From Squalus acanthias (taxonomy: Eukaryota): DNA of 64,000 bases. The notes below the pieces were generated by a model. The model ran no database searches. It worked only from the letters and a program-made list of their open reading frames with translations, and was not told where the DNA came from. Positions 25,099 to 36,987 of the stretch are shown one piece after another. The stretch is taken from the NCBI GenBank assembly GCA_030390025.1, contig CM059437.1, forward strand, positions 4,216,001-4,280,000. Direction: 5' to 3'. Each line of letters begins with the position of its first letter. The stretch's first letter is position 1. A program made the translations under genes and the position numbers.

Positions 25099-26184
25099 TG
25101 TGTCTCACGGGATCATTAGGTCCAGGCCTCTGCACTAGTCCAGTAACATAACACCGTGCAACCGTCCCCCGTATTTGGCTCCAGCCTTGTAATGGCCCCC
25201 ATAGGTTATGTGTGGTAGAATGCGAATGAACAGGATTAATTTCCCTGCTCCTAGCCATTAGCAGCAGCCAAAACATTGCAAGACTTTCACATTTATGCCA
25301 GAAAATTGTGCGCAACATTTCGCTAAATGGTAGAGTCTGACTTATTAGAGAAATATAAAATATCACACTTTTTCAATTTGGTCGTACGACGATTAAACCA
25401 CAGCTAGTATTTATGACTTCCATTAATGGCAATAATGGAATCCAGCCAGTTTATGTAGTCGAAGTAATAAATCATTATAGCTATAATATTCAGTCCTTAC
25501 TGATCTTAAGCCATTTCATGCAAATACACCCTTGCCAGTGGAGGGAAGAATCCCAAAGTTATGAATTAATGAGCTTTTCCGTGGATGGCGCATTAAATGT
25601 TTAATAACATCAAACCCAATGCCACATGCTGCACACGTGTAATTAATGCATCCTGGTTTATTAGGATCATCTCGAAATATTAAAATTTCTTTTAAATACT
25701 TGGAAACCCATAAATAAAGTCATGTTAAATGGAAGCATGAATTATTTATATGCGGTTGATATATTTTAGCAATCGCCATTTCCAAAATAATGCCTCCTGT
25801 CATCTAATTCCTGCAAAACGCTCCTGATCTTCACATACCAGTGCACGATGACGGGTTATTTTTAAAGTTGCAAACGGCAGAGTTTCGCAAAGTCCAAATT
25901 AAAAGGAAACCGCAAAGACTGGGAATCTGAAATAAAAGAGAGCAAATGTTGGAAATTCACAGCGGGGTGATTAGGTTACAGTACAGAGGTTAACCCTTCT
26001 CTACCAGATGCTGTGTTCTCGCTGTGTATTTCCAGCACGTTCTGTTGTTTATTACAGTGTTGCAAAATTAGACTTTTTATTGCAACAAACGACTAGATGA
26101 ACGAGGTTAAAAATAACTATTTAACGTGTTCGAATTGAAGGGATCGTTACTTGCTGCAAGATGCAAAGTAATTGGCGGAAGGGT

Positions 26185-26487
26185 GGAGAACCAGAGGACA
26201 CACAGATTTAAGGTGATTGGCAAAAGATCCAAAGGCGACATGAGGAAAAACTTTTTTACGCAGTGAGTGGTTAGGATCTGGAATGCACTGCCTGAAAGGG
26301 TGGTGGAGGCAGATTCAATCGTGGCTTTCAAAAGGGAATTGGATAAGTACCTGAAGGAAAAAACATTGCAGGGCTACTGGGAAAGGGCGGGGCAGTGGGC
26401 CTAGCTGATGTGCTCTTGCAGAGAGCCGGCACGGGCTCGACGGACGAATGGCCTCCTTCTGTGCTGTAACCATTCTATGATTCTATA
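26185..26487 (+). mobile_element. CR1 3' fragment
   Basis: TTTTTACGCAGTGAGTGGTTAGGATCTGGAATGCACTGCCTG...GAATGGCCTCCTTCTGTGCTG...(TTCTATGA) tail. Confidence 0.85.
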
Positions 26488-27019
26488 ATAGACTCTCATA
26501 AAGAAAAGATCGCTTTAAAAATGTAATGAAATATGGTTTTACAGGAAGGCCCAGCATGAAGAAACACGTGAACGTGCTGGAGAACCCATCACTTTAATTA
26601 AAGTCTTCAATTAATTGAAAATTTATTTGAGAAAAGATACAATCGTAACTTGGCCTTGAAATTACGATGTGGGATGATAGGTCAATGCTGCGGAGAAAGT
26701 GCTCTTCATTCCTTATGTAACGGAGGTATTGGTCTGTTTGAAATGTTGGTCAACGCCCAACGGAGAGAAGGATTTCAGCTGTAGGCTAACCTATTATCCT
26801 CCAGCAGAATTACAAGGTCCTTGCCTTAAAGGAGGCATTATTCCTAGAATATATCGCTCTTCTTATTCTTCAACTGTTTCTTCATATTTCCTATAATTCC
26901 TATTTGCAGCTAAATTGTAAACGCCTTCTTTTTCTGTGTGCAGTAACATGTTTTTGAACGGAATTAACATTTCGCTGACAATGCAGATCAGAGAAAATCC
27001 ACGTGAATTATTTACCATT

Positions 27020-28690
27020 ATACTGCACCCAGCGACCAGAGCAATTATTCCTCCTGAGGTCCCCACCATCACAGAAGCCAGTCTTCAGCCAATTTGATTC
27101 ACTCCACGTGATATCAAGAAACGGCTGAGCGCACTGGACACAGCAAAGGTCATGGTCCCCGACAACATCCCGGCTGTCCTGCTGAAGACTTGTGCTCCAG
27201 AACTAGCTGCGCCTCTAGCCAAGCTGTTCCAGTACAGCTATAACACTGGCATCTATCCGACAATGTGGAAAACTGCCCAGGTATGTCCTGTCCACAAAAA
27301 GCAGGATAAATCCAATCCAGCCAATTACCGCCCCATCAGTCTACTCTCAATCATCAGCAAAGTGAAGGAAGGTGCCATCGAAGGTGCTATCAAGCGGCAC
27401 TTACTCAGCAATAACTTACTCACTGATGCCCAGTTTGGGTTCCACCAGGAGCAGTCGGCTCCAGACCTCATTACAGCCTTGGTCCAAACATGGACAAAAA
27501 AGCTGAATTCCAGAGGTGAGGTGAGAGTGACTGCCCTTGACATCAAGGCAGCATTTGACTGAGTGTGGCATCAAGGAGCCCTAGTAAAACTGAAGTCAAT
27601 GGGAATCGGGGAGAAAACTCTCCACTGGCTGGAGTCATACCTAGCACAAAGGAAGATGGTTGTGGTGGTTGAAGGTCAATCATCACAGCTCCAGGACATC
27701 GCTGCAGGAGTTTCTCAGGGCAGTGTCCTAGGCCCAACCATCTTCAGCTGCTTCATCAATGACCTTCCCTCCAACATAAGGTCAGAAGTGGGGATGTTCG
27801 CTGATGACTGCACAGTGTTCAGTGCCATTCGCAACTCCTCAGATAATGAAGCAGTCTATGCCTGCATGCAGCAAGACCTGGACGACATTCAGGCTTGGGC
27901 TGATAAGTGGCAGGCAACATTCGCACCACACAAGTGCCAGGTAATGACTATCTCCAACAAGAGAGCATCTAAACACCACCCCTTGACATTCAATGGCATT
28001 ACCATCGCCGAATCCCCCACCATCAACATCCTGGGGGTCACCATTGACCAGAAACTTAATTGGACCAGCCACATAAATACTGCGGCAACAAGAGCAGGTC
28101 AGAGGCTGGGTATTCTGCGGCGAGTGTCTCACCTCCTGACTCCCCAAAGCCTTTCCACCATCTACAAGGCACAAGTCAGGAAATAATCTCCACTTGCCTG
28201 GATGAGTGTAGCTCCAACAACACTCAAGCAGCTCGACACCATCCAAGACAAAGCAGCCCGCTTGATTGGCACCCCATCCACCACCTTAAACATTAATTCC
28301 CTCCACCACTGGCGCACCGTGGCTGCAGTGTGTACCATCTACAAGATGCACTGCAACAACTCACCAAGGCTTCTTCGGCAGCACCTCCCAAACCCGCAAC
28401 CTCTACCCCCTAGAAGGACAAGGGCAGCAGGTGCATGGGAACACCACCACCTCCAAGTTCCCCTCCAAGTCACACACCATCCTGACTTGGAAGTATATCA
28501 CTGTTCCTTCATCGTCGCTGGGTCAAAATCCTGGAACTACTCCCTAACAGCACTGTGGGAGTACCTTCACCACACAGACTGCAGCGGTTCAAGAAGGTGG
28601 CTCACCAGCACCTTCTCAAGGGCAATTAGGGATGGGCAATAAATGCTGGCCTTGCCAGTGATGCCCACATACCAATTAATAAAAAAAAGA
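27020..28690 (+). mobile_element. 5'-truncated CR1-clade LINE, RT domain to 3' end
   Basis: NYRPISLLS, DIKAAFD*VWH (TGA at 27560-27562), GVSQGSVLGP, FADD and LGVTID motifs. A frameshift/deletion falls near 28180. The 3' end is GGGATGGGCAATAAATGCTGGCCTTGCCAGTGATGCCCACAT plus an A-rich tail. Confidence 0.93.
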
Positions 28691-28894
28691 AAGCAAGACA
28701 ATCCAACCACAGGAATCGCTTTTTTTTAGACTTGGAGAGAGGCGAGGTTTCATAACGCATCATTTTCTTTTGATGGGAAGTGTACTAATCTGCTGAGTTT
28801 TTCTGGTGGATTCACTGAGTAAACTTACCCACTGGACCCGCCCCACGCCCTCCCCTTAACCAGGAAGAACCAAAATCATTGTTTGTTTTCATAA

Positions 28895-29220
28895 AGTAAA
28901 TAAGGAGAAACTGTTTCCACTGGTAGAGGGTTGATAACCAAAGGACACAGATTTAAGATAATTGGCACAAGAACCAGAGGTGAGATGAGGATTTTATTGT
29001 TATGATCTGGAACGCACTGCCTGAAAAGATGGTGGAAGTAAATTCAACAGTAACTTTCAAAAGGGAATTGGATAAATACTTGAAAGGGAGAAAGTTACAG
29101 GGCTATGGGGAAAGAGCAGGGAGATGGGACTAATTGGAGAGCTCTTTCAAAGAGCCGGCACAGGCACGATGGGTCGAATGGCCTCCTTCTATGCTGTATG
29201 ATTCTATGATTCTATGATTT
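28895..29220 (+). mobile_element. CR1 3' fragment
   Basis: Same family as 20780-21000 and 26185-26487. Ends in (ATTCTATG)n. Confidence 0.85.
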
Positions 29221-29615
29221 CATAGGGCTTTTCTTGCTGTTTCTGTGAAACCATTAACCATAGCTGTCTTGAACCAGAACTTCTGGAACGTACTAACAAT
29301 TATAGAATAGAACAATCTAAACATTGATATCAGCTTCAGATAACGCAGGTCTCTCTTCGAAGAAACACAGAGAAGCGTTCTATATATTCTCGTAATGTAT
29401 TCGAGTTTTCAATGTCTGATTTAGGGACGACAGTTCCTCTTTGTAACATTCAAAATTAGAACTTTGCACTTCAAGACCACATGGAGGGAAAAGCAGAGGT
29501 CACTGGGGTATGGAACTTGCCATGTGATGCTAAGATTGGCCAGAAACCCAATTCACCATCTGTGATCTACAATACAAGTAGAGGCGTGTTCTCTTCTTCC
29601 CTGTCTCTCTGGATA

Positions 29616-29932
29616 AAGATAGATAGATGGGTAGATGGATAGATAGATAGATAGACAACAACAATAACAACAACTTGCATTTAGAAAGCGTCTTTAACGT
29701 AGTAAAACGTCCCACGGTGCTTCACAGGAGCGTTATCAGACACAATTTGACACCGAACTGCATAAGGAGATATTAGGACAGGTGTCCAAAAGCTTGGTCA
29801 AAGAGATAAGTTTTAAGGAGTGTCTTAAAGCGGAGAGGTAGAGAGGCGGAGAGGTTTAGGGAGTGAATTCCAGACCTTAAGGCCTAGGCAGCTGAAGGCA
29901 CGGCCACTAATGGTGGAGCGATGAAAATCTGG
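29616..29932 (-). mobile_element. L2 3' end preceded by (GATA)n
   Basis: (CAA)n-CTTGCATTTA...GGAGAGGTTTAGGGAGTGAATTCCAGA...GGCAGCTGAAGGCACGGC, homologous to 45019-45300. Confidence 0.75.
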
Positions 29933-30182
29933 AGACAGACAAAGAAACACACTAACACACGGAAGGGAAATAAATAAGGCATAGCAAGATGCAAAATACA
30001 ATCATTTCAAATCATGCATGATAAGCTAATGTTTCTCACAGAGGAACCTCCAGATCAGAATATGTCGGTGTGTATGTGCAGTTATATGTTTCAATATGTT
30101 AGAATGCTATCGATGTATAACGTTTACATTAGGGTAAATCTATATTATCTCATATATTATGTTGTGAAATGTTATCTTATTT

Positions 30183-30415
30183 CAGTTATCCCTGGTGTCC
30201 TGGGGCCATTATTCATCCTTCAATAAACATCACTAAAACAGAATATCTAGTCATTATCACATTGCTGTTTGTGGGAGCTTGCTGTGCGCAAATTGGCTGC
30301 CGCGTTTCCCACATTGCAACAGTGACCACACTTCAAAAGTACTTAATTGGCTGTAAAGCACTTTGAGACGTCCGGTGGTCGTGAAAGGCGCTATAGAAAT
30401 GCAAGTCTTTCTTTC
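30183..30415 (+). mobile_element. Deu-SINE 3' half
   Basis: CATTGCTGTTTGTGGGAGCTTGCTGTGCGCAAATTGGCTGCCGCGTTTCCC...GCGCTATAGAAATGCAAGTCTTTC. Confidence 0.85.
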
Positions 30416-33400
30416 ATGAAATACTTTTGACAATTAAGCGTACATATCTTAGCATGTTCTGTGGACATGCCCTGACCTGTTAATATGTGTCAATCAATGT
30501 TATAAAATAGTTGTCTACGTAAAATATGTCATATGATGTGAAAGTTAACAAGCTGTGCGAAAAATGGGGATACTCGTTTTTATCCAAATGCTTTTGATTT
30601 TTATATCTTGTAGTTAAGTTTTGCTTTATAAAAATAATTGTCATTCTTTATTATAAATTACCTAGATAAATATTGTTCTTAAAGTTGAATGTCACCTGCA
30701 CATGATCTTTTTTATGCTAAAATGACACAATTGCTTCTTAGAATGAATTATACTTGCCGAATTCGCTTCTATCCGGTCTTCACACTGCGCCCATTATATA
30801 CCGTCTACTCTCACTCTAGTTTAGAAATGAAACCCTCAGTATGTAAATAAATTAGCCAAGCTAGGTATCACTTTTAAAAACAATTTAAAAAAAACTAAGT
30901 GAAGCAATTGAACAAGTTGAAACGTGGTACAATTATTACGATGTATTTCTGGATTCTAACACAGAAGCAGTAAATAATTCCACAACTTAATTCAGAAATC
31001 ATGATACAAAATTGAAAGTAAAAACAACACGTTTTTCTCTTTCTTATTATTCTGAAATAAGTTAACAAAATGTCATTAAAATGGCAGCTTTGGGCATTGG
31101 GAAATAACAGGACAGATACTCTGCTCATGAAACAGTATCACCTATTTTCCGCAAGTCGAGCTCGGTGAAACAGATCAGAATGGATCTATTCAATCCTCCT
31201 TGAATGGGTTGGAGTAAACTTAATTTGTTATATTTGTTGATACGGAACGCCTACTGTACGTCATTTTGAGAAGCTGCATTTTGAATCTGTACTCATAAAA
31301 TTGGAAGAAAGAAAGAAAGATAGAAACGACCTCCTGGCCAGTTGAATGTATTTGGAGGAATGAGTTGCAATGGGGCGAATATATTTTTCTCACTGAACAT
31401 TGGTGTGCTGTACTAGTACGGTGAATTATTAATTATAAGTTATAAACGCTGAAATTAATACAACATTTATTAATCGGAAACTATAGCTGATCCTGAAAAT
31501 TGCTATTTATTTGTTCAATGTATTTGTTCAGCTGATATATAGAATAGTTGAAATTGTATTTGTTATATCTGATATTTCTAACTTCTTCATTGCTGATTTT
31601 TAGCTTTTTGTTGTAAGAACTTTATTACTTTATTTTTGGACTTTGGTGAACAGCTGCGAGCTGGACTATATTAAAAGTATAAATAATCATAGCTTTATGG
31701 TCATTATTATAAAGTATAACCCGGCATGGAAAGCAATTTAGATATAAAATTAATGTCAAAGTGAAAACCAGGCTGAACATGATTCTATTACTTACTTACA
31801 CACAGAGAAATATACCACACAAATGTGCACTTACATACCAGAGGCGCACCATAGGTACATGGATGCACATAAAGGACCATATTCACGGAAACTGAAATGT
31901 GCATAGAATAGTGATCACAATTGTTGAGCACGGATAGATTATATTCCAACATTAACATCAAATTATCAAATGATACTGCGTTTTAGTATATGTGCGCTGC
32001 TTAGTAAGACATCAGATTTCATAGTCACCTGTTGGAAGTCAAGTAATAGCACCATGAACCGTGGTAGGATTGATAGCTATTCTAGAGAAAAAGAGAAGAA
32101 AAACTAACAATGTCACTCGGAAATATGGACTTGAGCGGAAAGTCTGTGAGAAAAATATATTCGCCCCATTGCAACTCATTCCTCCAATTACATTCAACTG
32201 GCCACGAGGTCGTTTCTTTTTTTTAACTTTTCTTTCTTTCTTTCTTCCAATGTATTTCCCTTTTTATAGCTGTTCTTATTATTTACTATTTGACAGCCTC
32301 TGGTGTTTCTGTAAAGTATCAATTTATATATATTTTATCTTTTATTTCCCGAATAGATTCACTGATCCACACATATTACGATTGAAAACAAGGCGCAATG
32401 AAATACACACAGTCCCACAAACACAGCCAGTGAAAGGGTGCTCCTGTGCAGATACCGTGCAAGTGAGTCTGTGTAAGAAGGCATGGTCGTTTTATTGACA
32501 AATATATATTTAAGTTGCAAATTGCTTCATCTTGGATCTTTACTGATATTTCTAAAAAACGGACTCGTTCTATCGGCTGATTAATCCAATTACCTTAAGT
32601 TTCAATTATTACCCTGAACCGGGAAGGGCGGGGTTGGGGGGGGGGGGGGCAGATTGTGCTGCACCGGCCCCAAATCCAAATTAGCGACTGTATAGAAGGT
32701 ATGCTTGATTAACTCAGAAACGAAATAAATGTCTTATCAATTCAAAGTAGATTACTGAAAGAAATCATATCTTCTAGCTTTGGTCTGCAAATGACACTGG
32801 TTACATGTTTCAGTTCTAATCGCATATACCAATACATTTCAAACAGCTGTAAGCTTGTCGCTTAGATATTCCAGACAAGTGCCTCGTGGGGGAGGGGCAC
32901 TACCGCAAACACGGCTGTTTATTTTCCTCATGCCACATTCAGATTTAAGACATGGGTCAACATCTATTGCTAACCAAAGGAGATCTTGCCCATCATTTCC
33001 CTTAATCCTGATAAATACGGAGCTGTATCATCAATCGATTTGGATGTCCACAGACTGCTTATAAATTAATGTGTGATACATTTGGTCTCCGGCTCATTGA
33101 TTCTGCCTTGCTGCAGCTAAATCTAAATTGAACCACTTTGTCTTATCATTTATTTTTACAAGACGTTGTTAGTGGAACAGACATGGCCGACATGTGTTGC
33201 TTGTGATCATTAATGTGCTGAGCAATTCATAATTGAGGGATTATTTTATGCTTGGTTTAAGATTAAAAAAACAAGCTGTTTTTTTCTGGATCGGGATTTA
33301 TATGTATCTGGAGTCAATAGGACGCGATTAAGTACATTCAGTGCAATGGGAACAGGAGAGGACCTGAGACGTTAAAATTCTATATCTATTTGTAGGTAAT

Positions 33401-35769
33401 ATCTGTAACAAAATTTACCCAATACACGTCTTAGATGCTTCCAAAATTAACTTGATGGCATATTAGAACGGAATCACCAAGTGATAAATAAATTGTGCAG
33501 TTGGAGCATAACACTGAAAATCACTAGTAGAACTATTCAGGAAGGGCATCTTTTTAAAAGTCATCGGATAAGTATTCGAAAGGGAAAGATAAAAAGATAC
33601 CAGGAAAGGGCATGGGAGTGAAATTATAGTGAAGGGTACCAGTCAATGGGTAGAACATTACCGGCTGTAATTCCTAGGATTGTATGAAATCTACCACCCG
33701 CAGCACTAGCTTCTAGTGTTATGGAAATATTTCCCCAATAAATTGTTCATGAATATCCGTATGACGTTCATATAAAATATTCCAAAATTATTATGTTCTG
33801 TCAAAGTTCTAATAGTCTTTTGGACTTTGCAAAATTAGATTTAGTCGATTGATTACATTGGAAGAATTTCTCTTCATTGAAATTAATTCTTTATTTTCAA
33901 ATATAAAACTTTGAATTATCCTTTGTTTCACATGTAGCCCTGGGAATGCGAACATATAACATTTGTTGAATATGTACTTTTTTTCAAAAGTCTTCACATC
34001 TGGAGAGTACTAAAGCAGAATAAAGTTCTTTGTAAATTAAAGTCTACTTAAATAACTTGGATGAATCTCTCTCATTTACAGACTATTTGTACATAGGGAT
34101 TTGTTGCATATTTGTATATGTGAGTGTTTATTCGTGTATGTGAGTGTATGAGTCTATCTGTATCGGTGAAAATTAGTGCCTGAATACATGAGTGAGGAAT
34201 AGATACGTGTGAATAGGCGTGTTAAAGTGTGTCAATGCGCGTGTGAGCATATGCTCCCTATTTCCTCCTTCTCTTCAAATTATCTGCGTATAACGTATAT
34301 ACTTGACATTTCTGGAACTAAAATCTCTTTTTATTTATCCTATAACTCTTATATCCTGTACATTATTATTCTCCACATCACCTGTTATATAAGGTGGAAT
34401 AGCTAAGATTGTTTCCGTATCGTTCCTGAAGCTACCAATGAATTTACTACCGTACACATTGTCCGGTTATCAATGTTATTTTAATCTACAGAGATGACTC
34501 TCTAACAATCTCTTGGTAAGATTTTATTATTGTTATAATTGCTCTCAGATGTGTCTCTTACACAGTGCTTATATATTTGAATCTCTTTGTTGTGGTCCAG
34601 TGGCATTGCCTACAACAGGATGCTTCTGGCTGTGAATAAATATTGATTTCTGTTGCAAATAACATCCGGTTGACGACACTCAAGTTATGATGTAATATCC
34701 GGTCTGTGTTAATTTAGTTTCCTACTGCGATGGCAATTTATTTCACAGATTTGTAATTTTCCTCAATATCCTGATATTTCTCTTGGCTTTTGCTTTGTGT
34801 TCTACCAATTTAAATATACAATTCGGTGCGTTTCTCAGACACTGTCTGGAATCTAGCAACAAGCCTTTCACTCTTCGGCCTTACTCGCTTTAGCAAGTGA
34901 CATGCATAATATTTTGTTTTCTATCATGTGTGACCAAGTTTACAACCGTCGGCATGTACTGTGCATAAACTAGAATAAAAACACATTCTAACAGAAGGCT
35001 ACGTTCAACTTATTATTGATAAATTCTTTCCCTGTTTTCATAGTCTGATTACAGAATCCCAAGGCAATATTTTGGCAAGATTTTATATGAATCAAGTTGT
35101 ACTGGAGTAAGCTGTTGTTTGAAATGTAAAGAATATGGGTCCTTGTGTGCTTCTCTTGTATAATCAATCTCTCTCTCTCGGGAGGTTTTTAGAGTTAGGC
35201 AGATATACAATGTTTGTACTTCTTTTTACAAAATTACAAAGTGGAACAATAACATTCAAACCAACAAAAACATTACCAATCATTAAAAACGTTCGCAAAA
35301 TGCACAAATACATATGTATACATTTTAATTATAGATGATTAAAATGGATCTAAAGAATTCGCTTTGGTTCCCTATGTGTCACATCTTGTTCTCTTAATCA
35401 GGCTCAAGATTGTTTTCATAGTGTAACATCTCAGATATATCACAGATAGCTATATGAAATATAAATGTATGCAAATTGTATGTAAAATTCTATCTGTATG
35501 CATGTGCAGTGTAAGTAAAATACTAGAAAAATATTGTTAGAGAAATAGACTAAAAAACTACAGCATTCTGAGCCAACCGAAAGACTGATCGTATTACAGT
35601 CCATCAGTGAAGGGCAATGGTACCCCGGTAGTCGTTAATTAAATATTTATTGATTTGTTTCCCTCATTTTGAGCAGAAAATAACTATGGCAGATTAAGAG
35701 GGGCTATATGTAAAAACTGCACGAATGCAGCGCCGGACTAGACTATTTCACTTCTTGCATTATCACTCA

Positions 35770-35934
35770 TGCATTGAGCCAGTAATCAATGCACCGAATC
35801 ATTAATTAATGCACGAGTCACTAATAAATTCACCAAGTCACTAATTAATGCACTGGGTTACTAATTAATGCATCGAGTTACTAATCAATGAAAAGAGTCA
35901 CTAAATCAGTGCATCGAGTCATTAATCAATGCAT
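35770..35934. repeat. Degenerate 20-bp tandem repeat, about 8 copies
   Basis: Consensus ~TGCACCGAGTCACTAATTAA. Confidence 0.8.
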
Positions 35935-36083
35935 TTTTAAAAGTGTTCTCTAAATGTGTGCGACGCTTGCAAGAGTTGAGGCAACTAGTTAAAAATTGCA
36001 GCATTCTGCAATATATATTGCTTTTGTTACTAACGTTACGAAAGGGCAGGAAACCATTTGTACGTTTTGTTTTTTGGCTGCAT

Positions 36084-36515
36084 CTTGGCTCAGTGGTTGC
36101 ACTCTCATTCCAGAGTCAGAGAATCGTGGTCTCTCGCCCCACTTCAGGGATTTGAGCACATCATCTAGCTGACACGTCACAACAGTACTGAAGGAAAGCT
36201 GCACTGTCCGAGGTGCAGTCTTTGGGTTGAGACATCTGGCTCGGTCTGCTTGTTCAGAGGAATGCAAAATATTTCATGGCTCTATTCAAAGAAGAGCAAG
36301 GGCCGATGTGCTGCCTAAACAACATCCCTCAACCAACATCACTAAAACACAGTAACCGCTCATTTATTTCATAACTGTTTGTGGGACCTTGCTATGTGCA
36401 AACTTGCTGCAGCGTTTGTCTACATGGCATCAATGGCTATACTTCAGAATAATGAATTGATTCTGGTGCTTTGGAATGTCCGGAGGACGTGAATGGCGCT
36501 CTATAAATGCAATTT
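36084..36515 (+). mobile_element. Older Deu-SINE
   Basis: TGGCTCAGTGG head, Deu core and GGCGCTCTATAAATGCAA tail. Confidence 0.75.
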
Positions 36516-36524
36516 ATTTATTTA

Positions 36525-36987
36525 ATAGAAAGACTTGCATTTGTATAGCGCTTTTTCACGTGACGTCCCAAAGCGCTTTACAGCCAATGAAGTACTTTTT
36601 TGAAGTATGATCACTGTTGTAATGTAGGAAACCGGACAACATATTTGCACACAGCAAGCTCCCACAAACAGCAATGTGATAATGGCCAGATAATCTGTTT
36701 TAATGATGTTGGTTGAGGGATAAATATTGGCCAGGACACTGGGGATAACTCCCCTGCTCTTCTTCGAAATAGTGCCATGGGATCGTTTACGTCCATCTGA
36801 GAGAGCAGACGGTGCCTCGGTTTAACATCTCATCCGAAAGACCACACCTCCAACAGTTCAGCACTCCCTCAGCACTGAACTGGAGTGTCAGCCTCGATTT
36901 TGGTGCTTAAGTCTCTGGAGTGAGATTTGAACTCAGAACTATTCATGACTCAGAGGCGAGGGTGCTATCAACTGAGCCACGACTGAA
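36525..36987 (-). mobile_element. Deu-SINE, near full length
   Basis: Closely similar to 47066-47537. Confidence 0.85.

Larger units (their letters stand above)
23425..25160 (-). mobile_element. SINE with a CR1-type tail, split by a nested Deu-SINE and a Penelope element
   Basis: The sequence breaks at GGGATTTGAACTCA (23700) and resumes at TGTGTCTCACGGGATCATTAG (~25099). These two parts are contiguous in the copy near 19890. Confidence 0.8.

Noticed and set aside
27152-28642. RT ORFs as a functional or domesticated gene
   Set aside because: The element is 5'-truncated, with an in-frame stop at 27560-27562 and a frameshift near 28180, so it is a dead LINE copy.
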